Translations under genes and position numbers: made by a program
DNA from: a virus
Direction: 5' to 3' (one strand)
IMG/VR virus record: IMGVR_UViG_3300021963_008193
Coordinates: 1 to 64,000 of that record
Length of the DNA: 64,000 nt
Notes under the pieces: generated by a model
Database searches by the model: none
What the model was told of the DNA's origin: nothing
What the model saw: only the letters and a program-made list of their open reading frames with translations
Part shown: positions 55,482 through 64,000 of the stretch, in pieces
Position numbering within the stretch: the first letter of the stretch is position 1
Layout: the number at the start of each line of letters is the position of its first letter

Positions 55482-58400
55482 ATGATTGAAATAACAGGGG
55501 CAACGGGCTCAGGGCCATATGATATTATTATATGTGACATTACGTTGACATATTGTTACCCCGTTGCTTATTCTGTCTCAATTCCACCAACATATTACGC
55601 AACAATTCCATCTGAACTTGAGGGGGTTACTCAAGTTGCGGTTCAATTAATTGATTCTTTAGGTTGTCCTTGCGTTCAGATATGTGATTGTCCAATACCG
55701 TCAGTTACACCAACGTTAACACCTACGGTTACGCCGACAATGATTGTTGAATGCAATTGTATTACATTTGAAAACACTTTATCGGACCCACAAGATTATA
55801 CATATACAAATTGTGATGGAACTGTGATTTACGGTTCTATTTATGGTGAAACTTCACTTTATGTTTGTGGTAAATTACCAAGTACAAATAGTGAATATGT
55901 TAATATAACAATCTCTTCATTTTGTGTTGGAGGTTCTTGTCCTCCACCAACACAAACACCAACACCAAGTATCACCCCAACAAATAGTTTACCACCAATT
56001 ACTGGTATTTTTGAAGACTGTTGTGACCCAACAAATATAATGGCTATTACAACAATACCATTTAGTTTTTATCCTTTATCAGGAGTTTATTACGTTGAGA
56101 GTTCAGGATTTAATGGTTGTGTGAATTTATTAACAACAACATTCTATGATAATGTTTATACTTATGTTGACGCAACAACCTTTATTGATTGTATGGATTG
56201 TCAAATATCATACCCATGCTCAACTCCTACACCAACAATGACCCCAACTAATACCACAACCCCTACATTTACACCGACAAATACCCCAACAATGACAGAA
56301 AGTCCTACACCGACACTTACTCAAACTATTTCACCAACAATAACTCCTACAAATACAATTACCCCAACGTTAACTCCTACAATAACCCCAACAAATACAT
56401 TAACCGTTACTCCAACTAATACAATTACTCCAACTAATACTATCACACCTACAAATACGATTACACCAACTAATACTATCACACCAACCCATACAATTAC
56501 CCCAACAAATACTATCACACCTACAAATACTATCACACCTACAGTAACTCCAAGTATTTCATTGACACCTACTCAAACAGTGACACAAACCCCAACTCAA
56601 ACCATAACCCCTACTATTTCATTAACACCAACTAAAACTGTAACACCAACAATAACTGCGACTATTTCATTAACACCAACTAAAACTGTAACACCAACAA
56701 TTTCATTAACACCAACTAATACTATTACCCCAACAATAACTCCTACAAATACGATTACGCCTACTCAGACTATTACACCTACAAATACTATTACACCAAC
56801 TCAGACTATTACACCAACTCAAACTGTAACACCATCAATAACACCTACAATATCATTATCACCTAGAAATACCTCAACGCCTACTCAAACTATTACTCCA
56901 ACCGTTACTCCGACAATTTCGTTAACACCAACGATTTCGTTAACGCCAACACAAACCCCAACTAAAACTACGACCCCTACAATTTCGTTAACACCAACAC
57001 AAACTCCGACTAAAACTACAACCCCTACAATTTCATTAACCCCGACACAAACTATAACGCCAACAGTTACCCCTACAATTTCACTAACTCCAACTATTTC
57101 ATTAACTCCGACAAGAACAATTACACCAACTGTAACCCCAACTATTTCATTAACTCCAACTAATACAAATACTCCAACAATAACACCTGCTCGTACATCA
57201 ACCCCAACTCAAACAATTACCCCAACAAATACTTTAACACCTACTAATACAGGTACTCCTGGTGTTTCTGTAACTCCTACAATTTCATTAACTCCAACAC
57301 AAACTATAACACCGACAGTTACTCCTACAATTTCATTAACTCCAACACAAACTATAACACCGACAGTTACCCCTACAATTTCATTAACTCCAACACAAAC
57401 TATAACACCGACAGTTACCCCTACAATTTCATTAAGTCCAACAATATCACTAACACCTACGATTTCATTAACTCCAACCAATACCCCAACTAAAACTGTT
57501 ACACCAAGTATCACATTGACACCGACAAATACAAATACTCCGACAATGACAATTACACCAACTGTTACACCTACAATTTCATTAACTCCAACTAATACAA
57601 ATACACCGACTCAAACACCAACTAAAACTACAACACCAACTATCTCATTAACACCTACAATATCCTTAACGCCAACGATTTCGTTAACTCCAACTCAGAC
57701 TATAACTCAAACAGTAACACCTACGATTTCATTAACTCCAACAATATCCTTAACGCCAACTAACACTCAGACACCAACTAACACGCCTGCACGTACATCA
57801 ACCCCAACACAAACATTAACTCCAACAGTGACTCCAACAATATCCTTAACGCCAACGATTTCATTAACACCAACAATTTCATTAACCCCTACTCAAACAA
57901 TAACGCCAACTAATAAATCACACCGACAGTTACACCTACAATTTCATTAACACCAACTAATACGGGAACACCAGGAAATTCTGCAACACCAACACAAACA
58001 TTAACCCCTACCCAAACTCCGACTAAAACCGTGACACCAACGATTTCATTAACACCGACTCAAACATCTACAGTAACTATTACTCCAACAATTTCATTAA
58101 CACCAACACAAACTCCGACTAAAACTGTTACACCAACAATATCATTAACTCCAACCCAAACAATTACCCCAACTGTTACACCGACAATTTCATTAACCCC
58201 TACAATATCGTTAACTCCAACCCAAACAATTACCCCAACTGTTACACCTACAATTTCATTAACTCCAACTAATACAAATACACCGACTCAAACACCAACT
58301 AAAACTACAACACCAACTATCTCATTAACACCTACAATATCCTTAACCCCAACTAGAACTATTACGCCTACAATATCGTTAACACCGACTCAAACACCAA

Positions 58401-59281
58401 CTAAAACTACAACACCTACAATTTCGTTAACTCCAACGATTTCATTAACTCCTACAATTTCGTTAACTCCAACGATTTCATTAACTCCAACTATAACCCC
58501 AACACCAACTATAACTCAAACACCAACAAAAACAGTAACACCAAGTGTTAGTAATAAACCTACTGACACACCTGCGGTAACTCCTACAATTTCGTTAACA
58601 CCAACCATAACACCAACAAAAACTGTTACTCCGACCATAACACCAACAAAAACTGTTACTCCGACCATAACACCAACAAAAACTGTTACTCCGACCATAA
58701 CACCAACTCCAAGTGCAACATGTCTTACTTATCGTTTAACGGCGGGTAAAACTAATGCCACTTTCACATTCACACCTTGTTGTGGGGAACCAACAACATC
58801 ACCTGTAACACTTGTAAGTACTGATAGTATTGACGTTTGCTCAACAACATTACCAACAACTGCAAATCCTGGAGCAACGATAGTTGGACTGAATACCCCA
58901 TGTACATTATGTAATGATGCGATAGTGGCGATTAATTATAGAACGTCTAATAGTGGAACAACCACAAGCCAAACAGGAACTTTAAGTTACACATTAAATG
59001 GGGGGTCACCTATAGTGATAAGTTCAATACTACGGTCAAATTTAGGGACAAATTATGTTGGTTTTACTCCTATTACATGTAATTATGGTGACGTTTTAGT
59101 ATTTAATTTTTCAGCAAATGTTGGTGGGGATAATTCATGGGGTGTTGGTAACTTAGGACCATATAATAATATTGGATGTTTTACGGCAAACGATTACACC
59201 TATACCGTGACATCAACAGGTCTTACTAATCTATACTTCAACATTACTTCCCAAAATACCATATGGGGGGCAACTTGTTAA
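55482..59281 (+). CDS. Very long mucin-like Pro/Thr protein with Cys-rich ends, split by a 1-nt frameshift near 57915 (ORFs 55482-57950 and 58031-59281)
   Basis: The repeat register [19 protein letters not shown] continues in the -1 frame from 57917; AAT AA ATC is where AAT ACA ATC is expected. Restored length about 1266 aa. Confidence 0.7.
56222..58715 (+). repeat. Degenerate tandem repeats encoding TPTISL / TPTQTI / TPTNTI / TPTKTV
   Basis: About 2.5 kb of A/C-rich, nearly G-free low-complexity sequence with near-exact blocks (e.g. 48-nt x3 at ~57272-57435, 30-nt x3 at ~58605-58707). Confidence 0.9.
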
Positions 59282-59340
59282 TTTAAGTAATCTATTTATT
59301 TTAAACGAAAACAAATTACTTTTTTCATAAAAAAAGAAGT

Positions 59341-60588
59341 ATGAGAATATTTGTGCAAATCGCATCCTACAGGGACCCCCAATTATTACCGACAATAAAA
59401 AATATGTTTGAAAATGCTAAGAAACCTAAAAATTTGGTTTTAAGTATTTGTAGACAATATCATCCTGAAGATGGTTTTGATAATCTTGATGAATACAGAG
59501 ATGATGATAGATTTAGAATTATTGATATTTTATATTCGGAATCAAAAGGAGTATGTTGGGCAAGAAATTTAACACAACAACAATATCAAGGTGAGGAATA
59601 CACTTTACAGATTGACTCTCATATGAGATTTGAAAAGAATTGGGACGATACCCTAATAAAAATGATTAAACAACTTCAAAAGAAAGGATTTGAGAAACCA
59701 TTATTAACAGGTTATGTTTCTTCTTTTGACCCCGATAATGACCCGCAAGGAAGAATCCAAGAACCATGGAGAATGGTATTTGATAGATTTATTCCTGAAG
59801 GTGCGGTTTTCTTTTTACCTGAAACAATACCAGGGTGGAAAGAAATGAAAGAACCTGTAACCGCAAGATTTTATTCTGCTCACTTCGCGTTTACAATAGG
59901 TAAATTCAGTGAAGAGGTTCAACACGACCCTGAATTTTATTTTCATGGTGAAGAAATTTCAATTGCCGCAAGAGCTTACACTCATGGGTATGATTTATTC
60001 CACCCACATAAAGTAGTGATTTGGCACGAATATACTCGTAAAGGTAGGACCAAGCAATGGGATGATGATAAAGAATGGGTTAAGAAAAATGATGTGTCTC
60101 ATGCCAAAAATAGACAACTATTCGGAATGGATGATGAGGAAGTTACATTAGAATTTGGTAAATACGGTTTTGGAACTGAAAGAACATTAAAAGAATATGA
60201 AATTTATTCAGGGTTGAGGTTTTCAAGAAGAGCGGTTCAACAATATACTTTAGATAAATTATACCCACCAAACCCTCAGGTTTTTGATACTGAAGAAGAA
60301 TGGGAAAATAGTTTTGCGAGTATCTTTAAACATTGTATCGATGTTGGATTTTACCAAGTCCCTGAAAAAGATTATGAGTTTTGGGTAGTAGCGTTCCATG
60401 ACGAAAATGACGAAACCATTTTTAGAAAAGATGCTGACATACATGAGATTAATCGAATGATGACAGACCCTGATGGGTATTGTAAAGTATGGAGAGATTT
60501 CCAAACAACACATAAACCAAAATATTGGGTAATATGGCCTTATAGTACATCAAAAGGTTGGTGTGAAAGATTAACAGGAAATTTATAA
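59341..60588 (+). CDS. GT60-like polypeptide/hydroxyproline N-acetylglucosaminyltransferase (Pfam GlcNAc family)
   Basis: IFVQIASYRDP.L..TI, ICRQ, SKGVCWAR, Y.GE.Y.LQIDSHMRF..NWD, SAHFAF, F.GEEI...AR..THGYD.F.P....WH.Y. Confidence 0.85.
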   Translation: MRIFVQIASYRDPQLLPTIKNMFENAKKPKNLVLSICRQYHPEDGFDNLDEYRDDDRFRIIDILYSESKGVCWARNLTQQQYQGEEYTLQIDSHMRFEKNWDDTLIKMIKQLQKKGFEKPLLTGYVSSFDPDNDPQGRIQEPWRMVFDRFIPEGAVFFLPETIPGWKEMKEPVTARFYSAHFAFTIGKFSEEVQHDPEFYFHGEEISIAARAYTHGYDLFHPHKVVIWHEYTRKGRTKQWDDDKEWVKKNDVSHAKNRQLFGMDDEEVTLEFGKYGFGTERTLKEYEIYSGLRFSRRAVQQYTLDKLYPPNPQVFDTEEEWENSFASIFKHCIDVGFYQVPEKDYEFWVVAFHDENDETIFRKDADIHEINRMMTDPDGYCKVWRDFQTTHKPKYWVIWPYSTSKGWCERLTGNL

Positions 60589-60592
60589 TTAT

Positions 60593-61264
60593 ATGAACAC
60601 ATTTAATTTACCAGAGTTAGAAACTCTAATTTACGAAAAAACAAATAGTTTTATTATCATTGGGGCCTTTGATGGGGAAAGTCATGATAATTTTTTTACT
60701 AAAATACAAGAAAAACCAAATAAAAATAACAATACGATAATTTTTGTAGAGCCCGTAGAAAAGTACTACAACGAGTTAACAAAAAAAGTTAGTTCATTGG
60801 TTAATTATAACGTTATATGTGAGAACACGGCAATTTCAGATAAAGTTGAGTCTATTGAAATGGTTTCTGTTAAACCTAATTTATTGGATAAATACGGTTG
60901 GTATATAGAAGGGTGTGCGTGTGTTGTTGAGAACAATACCCCGTTAAATATCTACATGAAAGAGGTAGAGGAAATCGACATTGATAGAGAAGAAATTACA
61001 ACTATTACGTTTAATGATTTATTATTTAAACATGGTTTACCTACCATCGATTTTTTACAAATTGATACTGAAGGTTATGATGAAAGAATTTTAAATACCA
61101 TTAATTTTGAATCATTGAACATCAAATTTATAAAATTTGAAAGACATTATTTAAGTGAAGGATTCATCGAGGTCTTTATAAATAAATTAGAGGTACTTGA
61201 TTATTCATATTATTGGGACAATGATAATTACTACTTTGTTAAAAATTCAATTATTAATGGCTAA
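60593..61264 (+). CDS. FkbM-family methyltransferase
   Basis: IIGAFDG..HD, FVEP, AIS, IDFLQIDTEGYD..IL. Confidence 0.85.
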   Translation: MNTFNLPELETLIYEKTNSFIIIGAFDGESHDNFFTKIQEKPNKNNNTIIFVEPVEKYYNELTKKVSSLVNYNVICENTAISDKVESIEMVSVKPNLLDKYGWYIEGCACVVENNTPLNIYMKEVEEIDIDREEITTITFNDLLFKHGLPTIDFLQIDTEGYDERILNTINFESLNIKFIKFERHYLSEGFIEVFINKLEVLDYSYYWDNDNYYFVKNSIING

Positions 61265-62834
61265 TATATCTTTTTACGGTTCACATAACTCTTCCGTTGT
61301 TGTTGAGAACAATGGTAAAATATTAACGGTTATTGAAGTTGAGCGTTTTTTAAACGTTAAAAATGCGGGGTATGGACAATATCTAACTTCCAATACAAGA
61401 TTCTTTTTAATAAATGAAATTTTAAAATATATTAAGAACGAATATGGTATAAGTGAATTTGAAACTTGTTACTACTCTAATACAGATACAATTGAAGGCC
61501 CTACTAAGGTTCATTATGAAAAAATGATACCCGCTAAAAATTATGTAAATGTTTTACACCATCTGTCTCACGCGGCTTGTGCGTTTTACCAATCAAAATA
61601 TAATGAAGGGTTAATTGTTTCATTTGATGGTGGTGGTAGTGATGGGTTTTTTAACATATATCACGCAAAGAATCGAGATGAAATTATTTTAATTGATAAA
61701 TTTAATATTGATTTAGGGTTTGCATATATGTCATTTGGTGATTACTTAAACGATATAAGACAGGAGCCTGCATTAAACATTGGTAATTTAGTTTATTCAG
61801 GTAAAATAATGGGATTATGTTCTTATGGTACAATTAACGAAATGTGGTTACCTTATTTTGAGAAATATTATAGAGCAAAACCTGATGGTTTAAATTATTT
61901 AGAATTATTAAATCAATTAGGTGAAGAAACTGGTTTAATATTTAATCGTAATGATAGGTTAACAGGTCAAACATCTTGGGACGTTGCTAAGACTTCACAA
62001 ATCGCTTTTGAAAATGTTTTTATGGAGATAATAACTCCATTCTTAGAAATGTTTCCTAAATTACCTTTATTATTAACGGGGGGTTGTGCTTTAAATATTT
62101 TACTAAATACAAAATTATATCATGAATTAGAAAGAGATGTATTTGTCCCGCCAAATCCAAATGACTGTGGGATGGCTTCAGGTATGATTTTATTACATAT
62201 GAAACCTAAAGAGGTTATTGATTTAACGTATTCAGGGATTCCAATTTTAGATAAAAATACATTAATGATGATTTCCGAAAATCAATATAATACCACCCCA
62301 ATAGATACCGACACAGTTGTTAATGATTTAGTTTCAGGTAAAATTATTGGTGTTGTTAGAGGAAACTCGGAGCATGGACCAAGAGCTTTGGGGAATAGAA
62401 GTATAATTTGTGACCCATCTCACCCTGATATGAAAGACATACTAAATACCAAAGTTAAAAATAGAGAGTGGTATCGACCATTCGCACCTGTTTGTAGATT
62501 AGAAGATGTTTCTAAATACTTTAAATTTAGTGGTGAAAGTAGATGGATGAGTTTTTGTCCTGAAGTACGAGAGGAATGGAGGGAAAAATTAACCTCAATA
62601 ACACATATTGATGGGACCGCTAGAGTTCAAACAGTAACCAAAGAAGAAAATGAATGGTTATATAATTTAATAACCGAATTTGAAAAGGTTTCAGGAATTG
62701 GGGTTCTTCTAAACACATCATTTAACGTTAATGGTAAACCAATATTATCAACCTATAAAGACGCGTTACATGTATTTAAAACCACACAAATGGATAAACT
62801 AATATTGGAAGATTATTACATAATTAACAAATGA
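61257..62834 (+). CDS. O-carbamoyltransferase (NodU/CmcH/TobZ family)
   Basis: GSHNSS, EVERF...K, HHLSHAA.AFY.S, SFDGGG, GKIMGL..YG, GGCALN, ND.G...G, EHGPRALGNRSI, K.REWYRPFAP, HIDGTARVQTV, LLNTSFN..G.P. Start 61257. Confidence 0.93.
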   Translation: MANISFYGSHNSSVVVENNGKILTVIEVERFLNVKNAGYGQYLTSNTRFFLINEILKYIKNEYGISEFETCYYSNTDTIEGPTKVHYEKMIPAKNYVNVLHHLSHAACAFYQSKYNEGLIVSFDGGGSDGFFNIYHAKNRDEIILIDKFNIDLGFAYMSFGDYLNDIRQEPALNIGNLVYSGKIMGLCSYGTINEMWLPYFEKYYRAKPDGLNYLELLNQLGEETGLIFNRNDRLTGQTSWDVAKTSQIAFENVFMEIITPFLEMFPKLPLLLTGGCALNILLNTKLYHELERDVFVPPNPNDCGMASGMILLHMKPKEVIDLTYSGIPILDKNTLMMISENQYNTTPIDTDTVVNDLVSGKIIGVVRGNSEHGPRALGNRSIICDPSHPDMKDILNTKVKNREWYRPFAPVCRLEDVSKYFKFSGESRWMSFCPEVREEWREKLTSITHIDGTARVQTVTKEENEWLYNLITEFEKVSGIGVLLNTSFNVNGKPILSTYKDALHVFKTTQMDKLILEDYYIINK

Positions 62835-63724
62835 AAAATACAAAACTAGTTACATCGTTTTACACCGAAATAGACGGACACCCATTTTACGGACATGCCG
62901 AGCAATCAAGACACGAAAGATATTTACATTCTATGAGAGTTCTAAATAACATGGGGATTGAGATTGTCTGTTATTGCAATGATACTCAATTAGAGTTATT
63001 AACAGAGTATGTAAGTGAATTCAATCTAAATAACATTACATTAAAAGTTTCTAATTTATCTGATTCACTATTTGCTAGTCGAATGAAAGATATTAAAGAA
63101 AAAACTAATAATTTTAAATTTTATCATGAAGTTGATTGGAACAAACTTTTTTTATTAGAAAAGGAATATGATGAAAGTTATGACTATCTGTATTGGATTG
63201 ATGCTGGGTTATCTCACCATGGAATATTTCCTAAAAAATATAATCCGAATTCTCATTTGGCAACAGGGATGTCAAGTGACTTTAACACATATTCATTTAC
63301 AAATCTGTTTACTAAGGAATTATTCGGAGGAATAAATAACTTTGTCGGAGACAAATTACTTAGTTTAGACAATGAATTAAAATTCCATAACATTTACGAA
63401 CTAAATGAAGTTCTTGAGGGTAATTTTACATTTGATTCATTATCCGTTGGGGGAATAATCGGAGGTCATGTGAGTAAGATTAAATGGTTAATTGATAAGT
63501 TTAATTTAATGGGTGAGAAGTCGTTAAGTAAAAATGTAATTTTAAATCACGAAGCAATAATTTCATTTATCAAGGAAGAAACCCCTGAGAATTTCGAAAG
63601 ATTTATTTTCCAAACATGGTATCATGAAGATACTGAAGGTATGGATGATTATATAATAAAAGAACAAATACACTTTAGTCATTTTTTTGATATGATTAAT
63701 GAAAAACATATAACAAATAATTAA
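62831..63724 (+). CDS. HtrL/YibB (WlaTC)-like glycosyltransferase
   Basis: LVTSFY, K...L, YDYLYWIDAGLSH, VGGIIGG, E.I.S. Confidence 0.6.
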   Translation: MKNTKLVTSFYTEIDGHPFYGHAEQSRHERYLHSMRVLNNMGIEIVCYCNDTQLELLTEYVSEFNLNNITLKVSNLSDSLFASRMKDIKEKTNNFKFYHEVDWNKLFLLEKEYDESYDYLYWIDAGLSHHGIFPKKYNPNSHLATGMSSDFNTYSFTNLFTKELFGGINNFVGDKLLSLDNELKFHNIYELNEVLEGNFTFDSLSVGGIIGGHVSKIKWLIDKFNLMGEKSLSKNVILNHEAIISFIKEETPENFERFIFQTWYHEDTEGMDDYIIKEQIHFSHFFDMINEKHITNN

Positions 63725-63725
63725 C

Positions 63726-64000
63726 ATGGATAATTTTTTTGATAAGTCATTACATTTTTTAGGGAAAACTAACAATACCATAACCGCATTAAACATTGGG
63801 TCAATGGACGGTGTGATGTTCGATGAAATGATTGGGTATACTCAAATGTATAATTTTAAAGTTCTATATGTTGAACCAATACCTTATTTATTTGACAGAT
63901 TAAAAAGTAATATTGGTGACGGAGGGTTATTTGAAAATAGTGCAATATCTGACTACGATGGTGAGATTGAGATGATGACAATTGATAGAGAAGTTATTGA
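63726..64000 (+). CDS. Second FkbM-family methyltransferase (3' end truncated)
   Basis: MDNFF...LNIGSMDGVMFD...LYVEPIPYLFDRLK.N......ENSAISD.DGEIEM; the frame runs off the window. Confidence 0.8.
   Translation, partial: MDNFFDKSLHFLGKTNNTITALNIGSMDGVMFDEMIGYTQMYNFKVLYVEPIPYLFDRLKSNIGDGGLFENSAISDYDGEIEMMTIDREVI

Noticed and set aside
57911-57920. Programmed -1 ribosomal frameshift
   Set aside because: There is no X XXY YYZ heptamer, and the -1 frame has stops immediately before the switch point. A 1-nt deletion is the simpler explanation.
48940-58698. Minus-strand Val/Gly- and Cys/Arg-rich ORFs (48940, 49278, 56321, 57209, 58516)
   Set aside because: They are reverse-complement artefacts of ACN-CCN (Thr-Pro) repeats that lack stops in that frame.
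1-64000. Stop-codon reassignment (as in some huge phages), tRNA genes, introns/inteins, transposases, DGR reverse transcriptase
   Set aside because: Core genes translate full length in the standard code with dense packing. Terminase, portal and MCP look uninterrupted, and I saw no cloverleaf, RT, integrase or transposase motifs.

Overview
AT-rich segment of a large T4-like (Tevenvirinae-style module) tailed phage genome, probably infecting Bacteroidota (Flavobacteriia-like). Host evidence: a Flavobacterium-type bS21, a DUF4494-like gene, a TTTG-N19-TAnnTTTG promoter, A-rich leaders without Shine-Dalgarno sites, and a secreted protein following the Gln(+1) rule. Layout: head module at 0-16 kb (large terminase, portal, prohead protease, scaffold, major capsid protein, with an inverted rpsU inside it); accessory and putative internal-head genes plus mgsA at 16-23 kb; a minus-strand block at 23-46 kb (delta-60 propeller protein, baseplate/gp5-like genes, gp55-like late sigma, five glycosyltransferases, PhoH, dUTPase, exonuclease, WYL); and a plus-strand block at 46-64 kb of Cys-rich and Pro/Thr mucin-like fibre genes, followed directly by a GT60-type polypeptide GlcNAc-transferase, FkbM methyltransferases, a carbamoyltransferase and an HtrL-like gene. 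Most notable observations: (1) an unannotated, promoter-driven ~85-nt RNA at 19066-19150 (-) that displays the same 20-nt loop on two different stems, convergent on a RelE/BECR-like gene; (2) a candidate phage mucin-type O-glycosylation system; (3) a window-wide late-promoter motif TATTTAT(A), the reverse complement of the T4 late box, often only 3-4 nt from the ATG; (4) a family of genes sharing a putative capsid-targeting, protease-cleaved leader; (5) duplicated adaptor/fibre docking cassettes. All family assignments come from motif recognition by eye; no searches were run.
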